Below, piece after piece: positions 8,593 through 16,141 of a stretch of 20,000 bases of DNA; positions within the stretch are counted from its first letter, which is position 1; each line of letters begins with the position of its first letter. The notes beneath the pieces were generated by a model. It had not been told where the DNA came from, did no database searches, and worked only from the letters and a program-made list of their open reading frames with translations. The position numbers and the translations under genes are program-made. Source of the DNA: an uncultured virus (IMG/VR IMGVR_UViG_3300012347_000031) (taxonomy: Duplodnaviria > Heunggongvirae > Uroviricota > Caudoviricetes); the IMG/VR virus record IMGVR_UViG_3300012347_000031. One strand, given 5' to 3'.

Positions 8593-9177
8593 TTATGCTT
8601 TAATTTCTGTTGCAGTAATAGAACAAGTGTGAGTTGGGTTGTAAGAGTTACCCGTGTTAATTGTTCTGTTCCAGTATAGGGTTCTACTGTTTGGTGCGTA
8701 TCCGCAAGCCCAGTAAATAGCGTATACTGTTGGTAGAGTAGATGTCACTGTATCGTAAATCAAGATGTGGTCATCTAGAGCAGAGCCGTTAGTGTCACCC
8801 CAGTTATACATATAATGTCCTGTGGCAACACCGATAGTGGCTTGTGCGCCTAGACCAGCGTCAGTGGCATATGTTCCGCATGATGCGAATGCTCCACCGT
8901 TAACTGACTTGAATACTCTGAAGTTAGCAGCAACGTCATACGTAGTAAAGTTACCACCACCCCAAAACAAGTGGGCTTGAATGACCATCGTGTTGCCAAC
9001 TGCCTTTGGTGTGATGGAACAACTTAAACCACCTGGAACTGCCTCGAATGTATTCCAAGCAGTGAACACTTTAGTGCCGTTGGTGATGTTCTGTCCGTAT
9101 GCCTGTTGGATTGGCTGCTTACTTTCGTAGCTTGCGTATGGGATTCCATTCCCGTCGTTAGTGATAGATAAAGCCAT
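8593..9177 (-). CDS. Beta-rich paralog 3c (putative fibre-tip/receptor-binding domain)
   Basis: Shares VPG.L...ITP, HLFWGG, DVAANFR, WACGY..SRTLYWNR, GNSYNP.HTC.I.ATEI with 9180 and 9758. Confidence 0.65.
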   Translation of the reverse strand: MALSITNDGNGIPYASYESKQPIQQAYGQNITNGTKVFTAWNTFEAVPGGLSCSITPKAVGNTMVIQAHLFWGGGNFTTYDVAANFRVFKSVNGGAFASCGTYATDAGLGAQATIGVATGHYMYNWGDTNGSALDDHILIYDTVTSTLPTVYAIYWACGYAPNSRTLYWNRTINTGNSYNPTHTCSITATEIKA

Positions 9178-9179
9178 GT

Positions 9180-9758
9180 TTAACCTTTGATCTCAGTAGC
9201 AACGATAGTGCAAGTATGGATTGGGTTGTACGAGTTACCATAGTTGCTGGCTCTGTTCCACAACAACGTTCTAGAACCTGCTTCATAACCACATGCCCAG
9301 AAAACTGCATACTCGTGACGTTCTGTTGATGTCACAGTATCTTGTAACATCATATCATCTGTCTTTGCTGTGCCGTTAGAACCAGAGCCTCTGCGGTAGA
9401 TGTACTCACCTGTACCAACACCAAAGTTGGCTGAAGAGTTTGGAATTGGGTTTGAACTATAAACACCAGCAGAAATCCACGTACCACCCTTAATACGTTT
9501 GAAGAATCTAAAGTTGGCAGCAACGTCAGTACCGTTCCATCCACCCCAGAACAAGTGGGCTTCTAATGTGATTTTGTTGCCAACTTGTTGTGGCGTCAAT
9601 TCGCAAACCAATTTTCCAGGGACGTGACCGAACGCGCTTCTGTTTGAGAACACTTGTCCAGCATTAACTGTGTTGAAACCCCAAGCAGTCTGTAGAATAG
9701 ATCCGCTTGCGTATGCGTTTGATGGTAGTCCTCTATCTTTTGCTGTGATTGTTATCAT
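9180..9758 (-). CDS. Beta-rich paralog 3b (putative fibre-tip/receptor-binding domain)
   Basis: HLFWGG, DVAANFR, WACGYEAGSRTLLWNR, GNSYNPIHTC. Start is either ATG at 9758 (TGATG overlap) or GTG at 9761. Confidence 0.65.
   Translation of the reverse strand: MITITAKDRGLPSNAYASGSILQTAWGFNTVNAGQVFSNRSAFGHVPGKLVCELTPQQVGNKITLEAHLFWGGWNGTDVAANFRFFKRIKGGTWISAGVYSSNPIPNSSANFGVGTGEYIYRRGSGSNGTAKTDDMMLQDTVTSTERHEYAVFWACGYEAGSRTLLWNRASNYGNSYNPIHTCTIVATEIKG
9268..9299. repeat. 32-nt near-exact repeat (31/32), second copy at 9855-9886
   Basis: GTTCTAGAACCTGCTTCATA[A/T]CCACATGCCCA; encodes WACGYEAGSRT in paralogs 3b and 3a. Confidence 0.85.
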
Positions 9759-10357
9759 CACTTATCCTTCATCAGAACTTCGCTGACAGTCATTGTGCAA
9801 GTGTGGATTGGATTGTAGGCATTACCTGTGTTGATTCCTCGATTCCAGTACAATGTTCTAGAACCTGCTTCATATCCACATGCCCATTGTAGAGCGAAAT
9901 ACTTTGTATTGACAGTGCCATCGTTTGCGCTACCGATAGCCAAAATTTGATCGTACACAGTGCTGGCATTACCATCACCGAATGCATAGTAATATGTTCC
10001 AGTGTGTACGCCATGGGGTAATGATTTGTTTTCTGGAATCTGTCCACCGTACCATAGTGGTCCAAGCGCGTTTGGATAGACGCCAGCAGTAGTACCCCAG
10101 TAAACTCTAAAGTTTGGAGCAACGTCTGTGCTGCCGTTGTATCCACCCCAGTAGAGATGAACACGAGCAATGAAGACTGAGTTCTTGAACTTTGGTGTGA
10201 TTGCTACACGCAACTGACCTGGAACTTCTTCGTAAACGCTACGGCTACCGAATACCTTAGAACCAGTGGTTGTGTTTTGTCCAACCACTGTTTGGATGAC
10301 AGCGTTGTTTCGTTGGGCACCAAGCCAACCTTCTGATCCTTTAAACGTAACAGACAT
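9758..10357 (-). CDS. Beta-rich paralog 3a (putative fibre-tip/receptor-binding domain)
   Basis: HLYWGG, DVAPNFR, WACGYEAGSRTLYWNR, GNAYNPIHTC. TAATG overlap with the upstream gene at 10357. Confidence 0.65.
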   Translation of the reverse strand: MSVTFKGSEGWLGAQRNNAVIQTVVGQNTTTGSKVFGSRSVYEEVPGQLRVAITPKFKNSVFIARVHLYWGGYNGSTDVAPNFRVYWGTTAGVYPNALGPLWYGGQIPENKSLPHGVHTGTYYYAFGDGNASTVYDQILAIGSANDGTVNTKYFALQWACGYEAGSRTLYWNRGINTGNAYNPIHTCTMTVSEVLMKDK

Positions 10358-10665
10358 TATAGTCCTTCTGGTTTAGGGTACTTTAGTTTAACTGCGTTAC
10401 ACTTATCGATGTATGCTTGAATCGCTTCTTGATCACCTTTGACAACAGCGTCTAGGTATTCAGCGACTGGAGGATACTCGTGCATACGCTTGAATCTATA
10501 TTGTTGCAGTTCTCGTAGTTCAGTTAGTCTATTGGCTTCTGCTAGAATTTCTGCATCTGTTGGGCGATCTTCTATCGCACTAAACCAACGGATCCCGTCA
10601 ATAGATTCGTTATTGACTGAGAATGACGCATTTGGTCTTAAACTTTTAATTGCTTCGGTAATCAT
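10357..10665 (-). CDS. Small fibre-associated protein with an XkdW-like N-terminus; fourth gene of module 2
   Basis: Probable start MITEAIKSLRPNA (ATGA overlap at 10662-10665), not the 10704 start in the track. The AI..L.P.A.F...W.....PT..EI pattern resembles PBSX XkdW. C-terminus YRFKR..EYPP...YLD...C.AVK.KYPKP. Confidence 0.7.
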   Translation of the reverse strand: MITEAIKSLRPNASFSVNNESIDGIRWFSAIEDRPTDAEILAEANRLTELRELQQYRFKRMHEYPPVAEYLDAVVKGDQEAIQAYIDKCNAVKLKYPKPEGL

Positions 10666-11189
10666 CCCGCGATCTCCATTAATGTGATTGTTGACACAGG
10701 GCATCCCATGTAGTCAATTGAGTTTTGGTCATTGTGTGTTTTGTTAATCCAGATAGTGCTTGAGCTATATCCGTTTAGGTGCACTTGATATGTTAGAGCC
10801 GATGTCGACGCTGGAGAGTCCATGTAACAGTACTGCATAACAAACCAGTCGTAGTAGTCATAAGCACCATCGTACTTTAAGTGGGCGAACCCACAAGCAG
10901 GTCTAACACCTCTTGGAGTCCCCATACCAATATCAGTACCATTACGGGTAACCTTACCCTGCAATTCCCAATAAGATGTTCCCGCATGCAACTTAACCAT
11001 AACAAGAATCTTACTATTCACAGATTTTGGTGTGATAGTTGCAGCTAGACCAGTGATACTATACCATGTGGTGCCACTACCACCACCACTCCAAATATCT
11101 CGCTTTGGTGTGCTCTTAACTTGAATGATGGTATTCTGCACTGTACCTGCAGTGTTTTGCCAGTTATCAAAATTTAATTCTGAAGACAT
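10662..11189 (-). CDS. Beta-rich paralog 2c (putative fibre-tip/receptor-binding domain)
   Basis: Probable start MSSELNFDNW (TAATG overlap at 11187-11191). Motifs IIQV.ST.K.D, GL.ATITP...SKILV, SYWELQG, DSPA.TSA.TY, DY.GCP.STITLMEI. Confidence 0.65.
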   Translation of the reverse strand: MSSELNFDNWQNTAGTVQNTIIQVKSTPKRDIWSGGGSGTTWYSITGLAATITPKSVNSKILVMVKLHAGTSYWELQGKVTRNGTDIGMGTPRGVRPACGFAHLKYDGAYDYYDWFVMQYCYMDSPASTSALTYQVHLNGYSSSTIWINKTHNDQNSIDYMGCPVSTITLMEIAG

Positions 11190-11728
11190 TATCCAGAAAT
11201 CTCCATCAAGGTGATTGTAGAAATAGGACATCCATGATAATCAGCAGAGTTGTTATCGTCCTTTGTTCTATTTATGTAGACTGTGTTAGTGCTATACGGT
11301 TGCAGGAATAGCTTATATGTCACAGCGGATGTAGTCTTAGGCGTGTCCAAAAATGTATATGAACATGGATACCAGAAACTATAATAGCTATTCATGTAGT
11401 GTGAGTGGGTGAAACCAGCAGTTTGGTTGGCGTTTGTTTGAGATCCTCGGTTACCTGTACCAACGTCTACCCAAGATCCCGTTCCAATTTGTCTCTGAAA
11501 TTTACCAGCCAATTCCCAATAAGAAGAAGCTGCCATCAAAGTCATCTGAATAAGAATTCTACTGTTAGCGTCTTTAGGTGTTAGAGTGGCAGAGAATGCT
11601 GTGTCGATCCACGCATCAGAACTGCTGCCAGCAAACGTATCAGTCTTAACTGTCTGAACTACTTGCATAACAGTCTGTCTAGGAGTGCCGTCTCCGTTTA
11701 ACCATTTGTCGAATTTTGCGGTTGACAT
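11189..11728 (-). CDS. Beta-rich paralog 2b (putative fibre-tip/receptor-binding domain)
   Basis: MSTAKFDKW, QVVQTVKTD, LTP...SRILI, SYWELAG, LDTP.TTSAVTYK, DYHGCPISTITLMEI. Confidence 0.65.
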   Translation of the reverse strand: MSTAKFDKWLNGDGTPRQTVMQVVQTVKTDTFAGSSSDAWIDTAFSATLTPKDANSRILIQMTLMAASSYWELAGKFQRQIGTGSWVDVGTGNRGSQTNANQTAGFTHSHYMNSYYSFWYPCSYTFLDTPKTTSAVTYKLFLQPYSTNTVYINRTKDDNNSADYHGCPISTITLMEISG

Positions 11729-12423
11729 TACGCAGTCACTTCCATAAGTGTTAATGTAGAGATAGGTTCAGCATAGTATGAACTATCGTTGTTGTTATAG
11801 TAAGGTCTGTTGATCGATAAAGATTGACTGGCATGGTGATTCAATTCAACATAGTATGTTAAAGTTGTACCGAATGGAACTGGTCCACCAGTAACTGTTG
11901 CATCAGTACCACTGCCAGATTCATATCCAAAAGGATCATCCATTATTAGAACAGATGCTTTGTATGTAGAGTACTGAGAGTACTGCGCTGATGGTGCATA
12001 TTCATAGTTGTTATCAGCAAATGTAACTGGTTGTCTATCGCCACGGTTTTTACCTAAACCGATTGCTACGCCGTTACGCATAATTCTACCTTGAGCCTCC
12101 CAATACGAAGCGCCGTAAATTAAATCCAACATAACTAGGATTTTACTAGAGGCATACTTCGGAGTGATCTTCGCGCAGAAGTCTGGAACAACCCACCAGC
12201 CAGCTGGAGACAACGCACCAGACATAGTCTCATATGTAGTGGCGTTTGTAAATCCATATGCGTATGAATATTGGTTAACGTTGTAATCAATTGCAGGTTG
12301 TCCACCGCTGAAAGAAGCAGTGGAATCACCTTGTGTTAGAACAGATTGAACTACTTGTACAACGTTGTTGTACGCAGTGCCATCTGCTGCTCTCCACTTA
12401 TCAATCTTAGCATATGAAGTCAT
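11728..12423 (-). CDS. Beta-rich paralog 2a with two loop insertions (putative fibre-tip/receptor-binding domain)
   Basis: AKIDKW, VVQVVQ, ITP..ASSKILV, ASYWEAQG, PISTLTLMEV. About 50 aa longer than its partners because of Tyr/Gly-rich insertions. Confidence 0.65.
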   Translation of the reverse strand: MTSYAKIDKWRAADGTAYNNVVQVVQSVLTQGDSTASFSGGQPAIDYNVNQYSYAYGFTNATTYETMSGALSPAGWWVVPDFCAKITPKYASSKILVMLDLIYGASYWEAQGRIMRNGVAIGLGKNRGDRQPVTFADNNYEYAPSAQYSQYSTYKASVLIMDDPFGYESGSGTDATVTGGPVPFGTTLTYYVELNHHASQSLSINRPYYNNNDSSYYAEPISTLTLMEVTA

Positions 12424-12429
12424 CGACTA

Positions 12430-12771
12430 TTACTCTTTTGGGAATTGTGTTTTAACTGCTTCAACGGCTGCTAGGTATGCTTCCATCTTAGTGTTGTCTC
12501 CTTGAGACTGCCAGTAGATAGCATCAGCCAACATAGTTAGCGGAGGATAAGCACCCATGCGCTCAAACTGATATGGTTTAGGTTCTTCAGCAATAACCTC
12601 TGGTAGGATTGCGTCATATTCTTCTTTGGTTAATGGCGCAACTTCTGTGTGCCATGTAACGTTAGTAGGTAACGTAACTCCCTGTGAGTCAGTTGCCCAA
12701 ACAATCTCTGCTCCATCCAAACTAAATTCGGCGTTAGGGCGTAGTTTCAAAATAGCTTTTGCGGCTCTCAT
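12430..12771 (-). CDS. Small fibre-associated protein with an XkdW-like N-terminus; fourth gene of module 1
   Basis: AILKLRPNAEFSL...W...PLT.EE, then YQFER..AYPPL..LADA.YW...AVEAVK..FPK. ATGA overlap at 12768-12771. Confidence 0.7.
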   Translation of the reverse strand: MRAAKAILKLRPNAEFSLDGAEIVWATDSQGVTLPTNVTWHTEVAPLTKEEYDAILPEVIAEEPKPYQFERMGAYPPLTMLADAIYWQSQGDNTKMEAYLAAVEAVKTQFPKE

Positions 12772-13298
12772 TGCATAATCTCCATTAATGTTACTGACGA
12801 TGACGTGTTATAATTCCACGCACTATCAGAATCTGTGTAAGCGTTGTAGTTGACGCCAGCCCCATAGCTAGATGAGTGTGGGTTAGCGTATTGTAATTTA
12901 TATGTGACTGCAGAAGTGGTTGCTGGCGAATCTAACCAGAATGCACCTTTAAATCTAGGTTCGTATCCACATGTGTTATATGTAGTTGTTCCATACATAC
13001 CGAATAAACAAGAAATTCTACTAGCGCTAGCATCACCAGCAGCAATAACAGTACCGTTTCTAGTTAAACGAACCATACCGTGAGCAGGTGTGCTTGGGGT
13101 GATAGACAATTTGATGATGACCAAAATCTTACTTGTTGCATAATATGGGGTGATTGTTGGCTGTAGGTCTGGAATATCAACCCACGCAGTAGAGTTACTA
13201 GACCAAGTGTTAGTTTTGGTTGCAGTTACTACCTGAGCAGAAGACTTAATTTTATTGTTGTTGAGGTCGCGCCATTCAGCGATTGATAGTGATGTCAT
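12768..13298 (-). CDS. Beta-rich paralog 1c (putative fibre-tip/receptor-binding domain)
   Basis: WRDL, QVVTA.KT, W.DIP.L...ITP, HG.VRL.RNG..IAAGD, WLDSPATTSAVTYKLQYANPHSSSY..GVNYNAY. Confidence 0.65.
   Translation of the reverse strand: MTSLSIAEWRDLNNNKIKSSAQVVTATKTNTWSSNSTAWVDIPDLQPTITPYYATSKILVIIKLSITPSTPAHGMVRLTRNGTVIAAGDASASRISCLFGMYGTTTYNTCGYEPRFKGAFWLDSPATTSAVTYKLQYANPHSSSYGAGVNYNAYTDSDSAWNYNTSSSVTLMEIMQ
12911..12938. repeat. 28-nt exact direct repeat, second copy at 13971-13998
   Basis: CAGAAGTGGTTGCTGGCGAATCTAACCA at both sites; encodes WLDSPATTS in paralogs 1c and 1a. Confidence 0.85.
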
Positions 13299-13819
13299 AG
13301 AACCTCCACAGCAGTTATGGATGATACGTTACGATACGTATACCCTGCATTCGCATCGTCGTATGCGTTGTAGTTGATACCAACATAATAGCTAGACGAG
13401 TATGGGTTAGCATACTGTAGTTTATAAGTCACAGCAGAAGTTGTGTTTGGAGAATCCACCCAAGTTTGAACTTTAGCCTCGCTATCATACCCAGTAGTAC
13501 CTCTACTTGTAGTACCGTAATACCAGAATGTCACTAAGTTGAATGCGGAGCCGTGTGAATCGCCAGCAGCGATTACGCTACCGTTTCTTAACATTCGAAT
13601 ACCGCCGTGCCCATATGTAGACATAGAAACATGTAAATACAACATGATTCTACTAGTGGCTTTTGTTGGGGTGATTGTTACTGATAATCCTGTCACATCA
13701 ACCCATGCAGTAGAGTTAGTGTAGAATGTATCTGTTTTTTGTGCAGTGACTGCTTGAACGAATGGCGTCATAACGTTGTCGTTCAAATCTCTCCACTGGT
13801 TTGCTTTAAGAATGCTCAT
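13295..13819 (-). CDS. Beta-rich paralog 1b (putative fibre-tip/receptor-binding domain)
   Basis: WRDL, AQKTD, GLSVTITP, HGGIR..RNG..IAAGD, WVDSP.TTSAVTYKLQYANPYSSSYYVGINYNAY. Confidence 0.65.
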   Translation of the reverse strand: MSILKANQWRDLNDNVMTPFVQAVTAQKTDTFYTNSTAWVDVTGLSVTITPTKATSRIMLYLHVSMSTYGHGGIRMLRNGSVIAAGDSHGSAFNLVTFWYYGTTSRGTTGYDSEAKVQTWVDSPNTTSAVTYKLQYANPYSSSYYVGINYNAYDDANAGYTYRNVSSITAVEVL

Positions 13820-13827
13820 GATTTATC

Positions 13828-14355
13828 TCACTGTTGAATTTCAATTGCGTGAATCGCTGAAACGCCTCTAGCATTCCAAGAAATGTCTGTGTTGTTATAT
13901 GCGTTATAGTTAACACCAGCGTAGTAGCTTGAAGAATGTGGGTTAGAATATTGCACAGTGTAAACACACTCAGAAGTGGTTGCTGGCGAATCTAACCAAT
14001 GACCACCCTTTTGTCTGTGAGGGTATCCTGCAGTGTCATATGAAGATGTTCCATAATTCCAGTCGAATGCAGGTGTGCGCAAAGAGCCTCTGGCGTCTCC
14101 AGAACCAATAGGCACATCGTTTCTAACCAACCTAATACCACCATGTTCAAAACCACATAACTGAACGCTGACAAGAACTAATACAACGCTTCTCGAGTTA
14201 AATGGTTTGATTGTGACAGAAAGACCAGGGATATTAGTCCAGACTGTAGCTGAACAATACCACGGGTCTGTCTTTTGAGCAGACACAACTTGTGCTGGCG
14301 TTTGGATAGTTCTACCACTAAGGTCTTTCCACCCAGCAGCTTTAACTGTACTCAT
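13828..14355 (-). CDS. Beta-rich paralog 1a (putative fibre-tip/receptor-binding domain)
   Basis: WKDL, QVVSAQKTD, GLSVTI.P, HGGIRLVRN..I.SGD, WLDSPATTS, QYSNPHSSSYYAGVNYNAY. Confidence 0.65.
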   Translation of the reverse strand: MSTVKAAGWKDLSGRTIQTPAQVVSAQKTDPWYCSATVWTNIPGLSVTIKPFNSRSVVLVLVSVQLCGFEHGGIRLVRNDVPIGSGDARGSLRTPAFDWNYGTSSYDTAGYPHRQKGGHWLDSPATTSECVYTVQYSNPHSSSYYAGVNYNAYNNTDISWNARGVSAIHAIEIQQ

Positions 14356-14368
14356 ATTGTATTAACCT

Positions 14369-16093
14369 TTAAACGATTGTCCAAGTAGATCCATCTGGAA
14401 TAGTGACAACCTTACCATTATTTATGGTAACTGGTCCAGCCGTCATAGCATTCTTACCTGTAGGAATACTCAAGTCTACGTCGATAGTTGAATCATTGTA
14501 GAAATATGCGTTGTTGGTTGATCCCCAAGTTTCCCACTTAGAAGAAGTTGGGTTATACTTTTCATAGTCACCAAGTGTTGTGTTGTAACGAATGTCACCA
14601 CCTCTAACACCAGAAGCTGGGCGTTGAGCAGTAGTACCGATAGGCACTTTAACAGAACCATTACCACTGAAGTTAATGTTACCACTGAATGTGTGATCAG
14701 CTGTGATTGTTCTTGCAACGCTAGTGTGAACATATTGCTTGTGGTCATCGTTGGCGAGACCCATCAAACCGCTGTGGTTCACTGGAGTGAAACCTAGATC
14801 GCTACGAGACTTGTTAGACAAGCAAACGCGAACACCAGCGATAGTAATCTTGTATACGTTTGCGTATCCAGAAGATGTATTAACAACTACGTGCCACAAT
14901 GGAGCCATTTCTTCAAACGGCAGACCAAGAGAAGTGAACTCTTCACCATATGCAACTTCAACGCTAGAGTGCTGAACTCGACCCATGATAGACTTAATTG
15001 GGTTAAGCATATCGTTAGTGGCAACGATCCAGTAAGAGATGTACGAACCTTCTGATGCATCAGCAAGAGAACCAGAACCACCACTGATGAAGTTATACTT
15101 AGCAGTAGAACCAGTAGCTTGTATGAATGGAGATGATGTTGCAGTAGTCTGAACCCAAGATGTACCAGAGTAGTACAAGACTGGGATGTAACTCATAGCA
15201 CCATTCAACCACTGCTGGAAATAACCAGAAGGTGTGGCGCTGTGGGCGATTGTGTGTTCGATATCTTCGTCTGCGATAACGATAGTTGTGTCAGACAATG
15301 TGAATGTTGTCGAAGCAGCATCGTTCAATGTGTACGATGCAATACCACCACTGCGCCAGACTAGACCAACGTCTCTGTGGTGTGATGCGTGCCAAGTTGT
15401 GTCTCGAGCAGCAGTGTGTCGTTCATCAGCAGCAAAAATTGCTCTGCTGTTGATAGAGTCCCAGTGTACGTAAGAAACGTAAACACGACCAACAGAGAAG
15501 TTTGGAGTGCTTTCGCTAGCCAAGACTGGGTTAGATGGGTCTGTCAAATCAACATAAATCCAGTTTCCAGTAGAAGCGTTTGGTACTTGATGTGATAGTG
15601 GACCAGTGATCTCAACTTTTCTACCACGAGCATAGATGTAACATGCAGATACTGGAGTAATAGTCAGCGTACGTGTTGTGCTGTTGAACGTCAGAGTAGA
15701 ACTTGAACGATCAACGAAACCAGTCAAGTCTTTAGAGACTTCAGCATTGGCTCTAAGACCAGAAGTCTGGGCAGCGTAATACAAGTCTGCTGAAGACATG
15801 TACTTAGTGTCTGTAGAAGTACCTGCACTAAGTTCTGGTTGAGTAACGTTTTGCGTTGGGTATACTACTGCGCCAGTCTTAACGCTAGTGACTGTGACCT
15901 GTCCAGCAGCAAAGTCTCCATTACCGTCTCTTCGAACGACCTTTTCTGCAGTGTTCGTGCTCACCGCATCGGTTTGCTCAATCTTATCAATGTTGATATT
16001 GATAAAGTTATTGTCAATTTCTGTGTTAGACAACGGGGCATTCTTTACCGTTGCTCCACCGCCAGAAGTTGTTCTTGTTGTGATTTGCGTCAT
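14369..16093 (-). CDS. Tail fibre-like structural protein
   Basis: N-terminal K.APL...EID.NF motif, VRRDGNGDFAAG motif, VPIGTTAQRP...G.IRYNT motif and C-terminal N..TI.....IP.GKNAM.AGP.TI..G..VTIP.GS.W.IV. I recognise all of these from phage fibre-type proteins. Ser/Thr-rich, and preceded by a late-promoter motif. Confidence 0.75.
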   Translation of the reverse strand: MTQITTRTTSGGGATVKNAPLSNTEIDNNFININIDKIEQTDAVSTNTAEKVVRRDGNGDFAAGQVTVTSVKTGAVVYPTQNVTQPELSAGTSTDTKYMSSADLYYAAQTSGLRANAEVSKDLTGFVDRSSSTLTFNSTTRTLTITPVSACYIYARGRKVEITGPLSHQVPNASTGNWIYVDLTDPSNPVLASESTPNFSVGRVYVSYVHWDSINSRAIFAADERHTAARDTTWHASHHRDVGLVWRSGGIASYTLNDAASTTFTLSDTTIVIADEDIEHTIAHSATPSGYFQQWLNGAMSYIPVLYYSGTSWVQTTATSSPFIQATGSTAKYNFISGGSGSLADASEGSYISYWIVATNDMLNPIKSIMGRVQHSSVEVAYGEEFTSLGLPFEEMAPLWHVVVNTSSGYANVYKITIAGVRVCLSNKSRSDLGFTPVNHSGLMGLANDDHKQYVHTSVARTITADHTFSGNINFSGNGSVKVPIGTTAQRPASGVRGGDIRYNTTLGDYEKYNPTSSKWETWGSTNNAYFYNDSTIDVDLSIPTGKNAMTAGPVTINNGKVVTIPDGSTWTIV

Positions 16094-16131
16094 TTTATGA
16101 TCGTTCCTAGTTGATACATGTCATGCAAAGT

Positions 16132-16139
16132 TATTTATT
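16132..16139 (-). promoter_or_regulatory. Putative T4-type late promoter (AATAAATA) for the fibre and paralog array
   Basis: AATAAATA immediately after the stop of the 16142 oxygenase and about 39 nt upstream of the fibre ATG. Confidence 0.7.
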
Positions 16140-16141
16140 AT

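Noticed and set aside
10666..11231. Longer N-termini given in the ORF track for 10357..10704 and 10662..11231
   Set aside because: Downstream ATGs (10665 and 11189) overlap the upstream stops and align with the starts of the paralogs, so the extensions are probably not translated.
8229..14355. Diversity-generating retroelement or invertase-driven (shufflon-like) tip switching as the explanation for the array
   Set aside because: The window has no reverse transcriptase or recombinase. I found no ~100-nt TR/VR pair with adenine-specific mismatches and no inverted cassettes. All genes are intact, co-oriented and have their own starts.
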